Origin: the human T2T-CHM13v2.0 reference genome, Homo sapiens | Direction: 5' to 3' (one strand) | DNA: 64,000 nt | NCBI RefSeq assembly: GCF_009914755.1 | Contig: NC_060941.1 | Made by a program: the position numbers and the translations under genes | The notes under the pieces: model-generated | Database searches by the model: none | What the model was told of the DNA's origin: nothing | What the model saw: only the letters and a program-made list of their open reading frames with translations | Part shown: piece after piece, positions 60,268 to 64,000 of the stretch | How the letters are laid out: the number at the start of each line of letters is the position of its first letter | Position numbering within the stretch: the stretch's first letter is position 1

Positions 60268-60889
60268 TTAAATTAATAAATAAATGTAAATAAATAAATT
60301 ACTGATATAATATGGAAGGGTGGTATTAGTGGATGAGGTGGGACTGGCCAAAGGTTGATTGTTGTTGGTGCTAGATGATCACTACATAGAATTAGTACAA
60401 TTATATGTCTGCTTTTAAAATTCTCCATAATAAAAAAAAGCATAAAATAACCAAAACAAGGCTAGGTGCAGTGGCTCAAAATTGTTATCCCATCATTTTA
60501 GGAGGTCAAGGCAGGAGGACTACTTGAGGCTCGGAGTGAAAGATCAGCTTAGCCAACATAGTGAGACCCTGTCTCTACAAAAAAAATTAAAATTAAAATA
60601 AAAAAAAAAAGAGAAAAACCTACCAAGTAAAATCAATTAAGTCAGTCAAACTTTTGAAATATTTTACAGGCACTATCAGTTGGAATTTTTGTCAAGTTGG
60701 TAACAATGGGATATTTTACACAATCATATCAACACATAAAAGTTAAAAGATTTCTTATAAACATAGATATTAGACAGGAAACAAACTACAATATATGACA
60801 TCTAACATATATTTTAGTTGCTTTTCAAAAATCCGTAAATACTCTAAGTTTTAAAAGTTTAGTTTTAGGTTAATTTTTGATATCTGACA

Positions 60890-61428
60890 GTATAGATGTG
60901 GCAGATTCCATAAAGACCTTTTCCTTCCTGGTAACAAAGCCCATTTCTGAGAGAGTAAGATACTATTGCAGCCTCAAGGGATAAATTGCGTTTGATCTAA
61001 ATCAGATCATTTTCATTCCCTTGGATGGTGATTTGCCTAGAAATTATCATGTGATTTAGTTCTGACCAAAGAGATGTAAAGACATCTCCCGACTGGGATG
61101 TCTGGAAAAGTTTTTACTTCCCTAATTTAAAAGGGAAGAGTGTTGGCTGACTAGCTCTTGTCTCTTTAACTTTTCTCCTAACTAGAATGATAATTAGGCT
61201 GGAAATACAGCAGCCACCTAAGATCCCGAAGCAACAATGATAAACACCAGCGTACTAAACATGGCAGAACAGAAGGGAAGTGCCTGGGTCCCTAACTATA
61301 GAAACAGTAATACTAGCTTTGGACAGTCTACCCGCTAGAGTTCTTGTATGTAAGAAAAACAAACCCCAATTTGCTTAATCCAGTATAGTAGATTTTTGTT
61401 TCTTGTAGCTGAACATATTCCTGATACA
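60890..61428 (+). mobile_element. MLT1-type LTR just downstream of the POLG2 3' end
   Basis: ggctggaaatacagcagccacc...gtttcttgtagctgaacatattcctgataca is an MLT1-like terminus. Confidence 0.55.
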
Positions 61429-61554
61429 ATGAAAGACATAAAAAATATAAACACTGAATGAAAGCAAGCACCACAAATGTCCACTTTATAAGTGCAAAGG
61501 GGCTAGAAATAAATCTAAGTGAACATAAGACAACCAAATTAGGAGAGAAGAATA

Positions 61555-61560
61555 TTTATT
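61555..61560 (-). terminator. POLG2 polyadenylation signal
   Basis: tttatt on + equals AATAAA on -, 16 nt past the stop codon. Confidence 0.8.
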
Positions 61561-61576
61561 ATACAAATATAAAAAT

Positions 61577-61834
<258 letters not shown>

Positions 61835-62902
61835 TCAAGAGTCACAGACTCAGGGCTTAAGGGTGGACCAAAAAAACCCAACATTTTTAAAGTTTCTGAA
61901 TTGTATTTAAAGTAATATTTTCAGACAGTTTCTAACTTATTGCTAGAGCTGAAAAGTCATAAAAGAAAATAAAATCTGAGAATAAACACTGGTACCTCAA
62001 CACATCATTTGGGGTGATATCACAGAAGAACCGCATAATAACCTCAGCCTTTTGGTTCTTGGATGCAATCCAAGAACAATTATTTTAGACTGAAGTCTCT
62101 TACAATAAACAATATTATAATAAAGATGCAATTTGGTATAACAAATTATACCAAAATCATGTTTCCTTTATTGAGTAGCTAGCTTATAGCTTCTAGTTCA
62201 GCAATAACCAAACAGATAGATGCACGGCTGACCTTCTGTATGCTTACCAAGTCACACTATCTCATTACTGTTTATTTCCTTTGTAGGACTCCATCAGAAA
62301 CTTTTTATTTCTCTGTTTATTTATTGTCTATTTTGTCCTACTAGAATATAAGCTTAACAAGAATAGTATGGCTGGGCGTGGTGACTCATGCCTGTAATCC
62401 CAGCACTTTGGGAGGCTGAGATGGGCGGATCATGAGGTCAGGAGTTCGAGACCAGCCTGGCCAACATAGTGAAACCCCATCTCTACCAAAACTACAAAAA
62501 ATTAGCTGGGCGTGGTGGCAGGCGCATGTAATCCCAGCTACTCGGGAGGCTGAGGCAGGAGAATCGCTTGAACACGGGAGGCAGAGGTTGCACTAAGCCG
62601 AGATCACGCCATTGCACCAGCCCGGGCGACAGTGCGAGACTCTGTCTTAAAAAAAAAGAATGATACATTTTTCTGTGTTGTTCACCACTATAGCAAAGTG
62701 AATAAAACATAGTACGTGTTTAATAATAATTTCATAAAAATATCCTGGGACAATAAAACCTTTACCATATAAAGAACAACTGCAACTTGACAATGTCCAC
62801 ATGGCTCAAAGGATAAGAATTGAGAACCTGAGAGGACAAGAAAGTTCAAGTGCTGCCCCTTCATTTTACACATAATAAAACCATTAGATGCTCTAATTAT
62901 AG

Positions 62903-63157
<255 letters not shown>

Positions 63158-63394
63158 TGAACTCCTGACCTCAGGTGATCTGCCCGCCTCAACCTCCCAA
63201 AGTGCTGGGATTACAGGTGTGAGCCACTGCGCCCAGCCTGGAAGGTGTATTTTAACAAATGTTCAGAGAACTGAAGATCAAAACACAATGGTTCACAACT
63301 TTTCACCCAAAAGATACATATTCAACACAAAAAGCTTAAAAAAAATAACAAGAATGGATTATTTAAAAACAACAATTAATGAAATAGCATGGGG

Positions 63395-63650
63395 TGAGAC
63401 TAGACACAGAGAGCTCAATTAGGAGATGATTTCAATAATCCAGGCAAGAGATATTGGTGACTCTAACTTGGGTAGTGGCAGCGAAGACAGAGATGGATGA
63501 GATACATTTAGGAAGCAAGCTGACAGCATTTGATGATAGACTGGATGTAGAGAATGAGGAAGAGGGAGGAGTTAAGGATGATAGCCAGTTTCTCTGTCTT
63601 GAGCAATTGGGTGAACAGAGGTGCCAATCCCTTAGAAGACTAGAACAGAC
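63395..63650. mobile_element. L2 fragment in the POLG2 last intron
   Basis: taatccaggcaagagat...gagggaggagttaaggatgatagccagtttct is L2-like. Confidence 0.55.
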
Positions 63651-64000
63651 CATCCCTCCAGAATAGAATTCCCTTCCACTCAGTCTCAGAATGGACCACA
63701 ATGCCAGCAAAGAAAGGCATTCCACTCATATTCCTTCAGTCTTGATTCAACACATGCTCTCTACATACATACTTTCATCCATAAGTGGATAAGCTGAGGT
63801 ATACATACTTCATGACATTAAGTCTTGGAACTACATACAGCATGTGCTCAAACATACTTGCTGAATACTGTTCCCTGCTGAGGCAATTAACTAAATGCAC
63901 ATAGTTCTGTAAAAGGGAAACTGAGGAATAATTTAAAATTATATTTTATATATAAATTTAGAAGAGATTTGTTTCTGTAATTCATAAACATAATCAAAAA

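Noticed and set aside
62132-62155. 10-bp perfect hairpin tttggtataa-caaa-ttataccaaa in the POLG2 intron
   Set aside because: AT-rich and short, plausible by chance, with no miRNA or snoRNA features.

Overview
Human/hominoid genomic DNA, recognised from the encoded proteins as the MILR1-POLG2 interval (17q23, next to PECAM1 from recalled synteny; PECAM1 itself is not visible here). The + strand carries the complete coding region of MILR1 (Allergin-1): nine coding exons from ATG 32927 to TGA 51382, 1032 nt, 343 aa, all GT-AG and all phase-1 introns. The - strand carries the last exon of POLG2 (61742-61577) and part of its final intron. The rest is mostly transposon-derived: roughly 85-90 Alu copies or fragments by hand count, a nested ERV1 (MER41/MER4-group) complex at about 5.2-21.4 kb, THE1/MST elements, an L1PA 3' end and DNA-transposon MITEs. 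Almost all ORFs in the supplied track are repeat-derived noise. The most notable unexplained structures are: (1) a ~515 bp inverted duplication that makes a divergent pair of strong CTCF motifs, with a perfect 13-bp hairpin near its axis; (2) an overlapping uORF in MILR1 that a +4 tandem acceptor would splice in frame with the receptor; (3) a MER41 LTR with two intact GAS sites, plus an intronic PU.1-IRF/GATA cluster; (4) several local templated duplications. I see no new protein-coding system. Repeat subfamily names come from recalled consensus sequences and were not computed.
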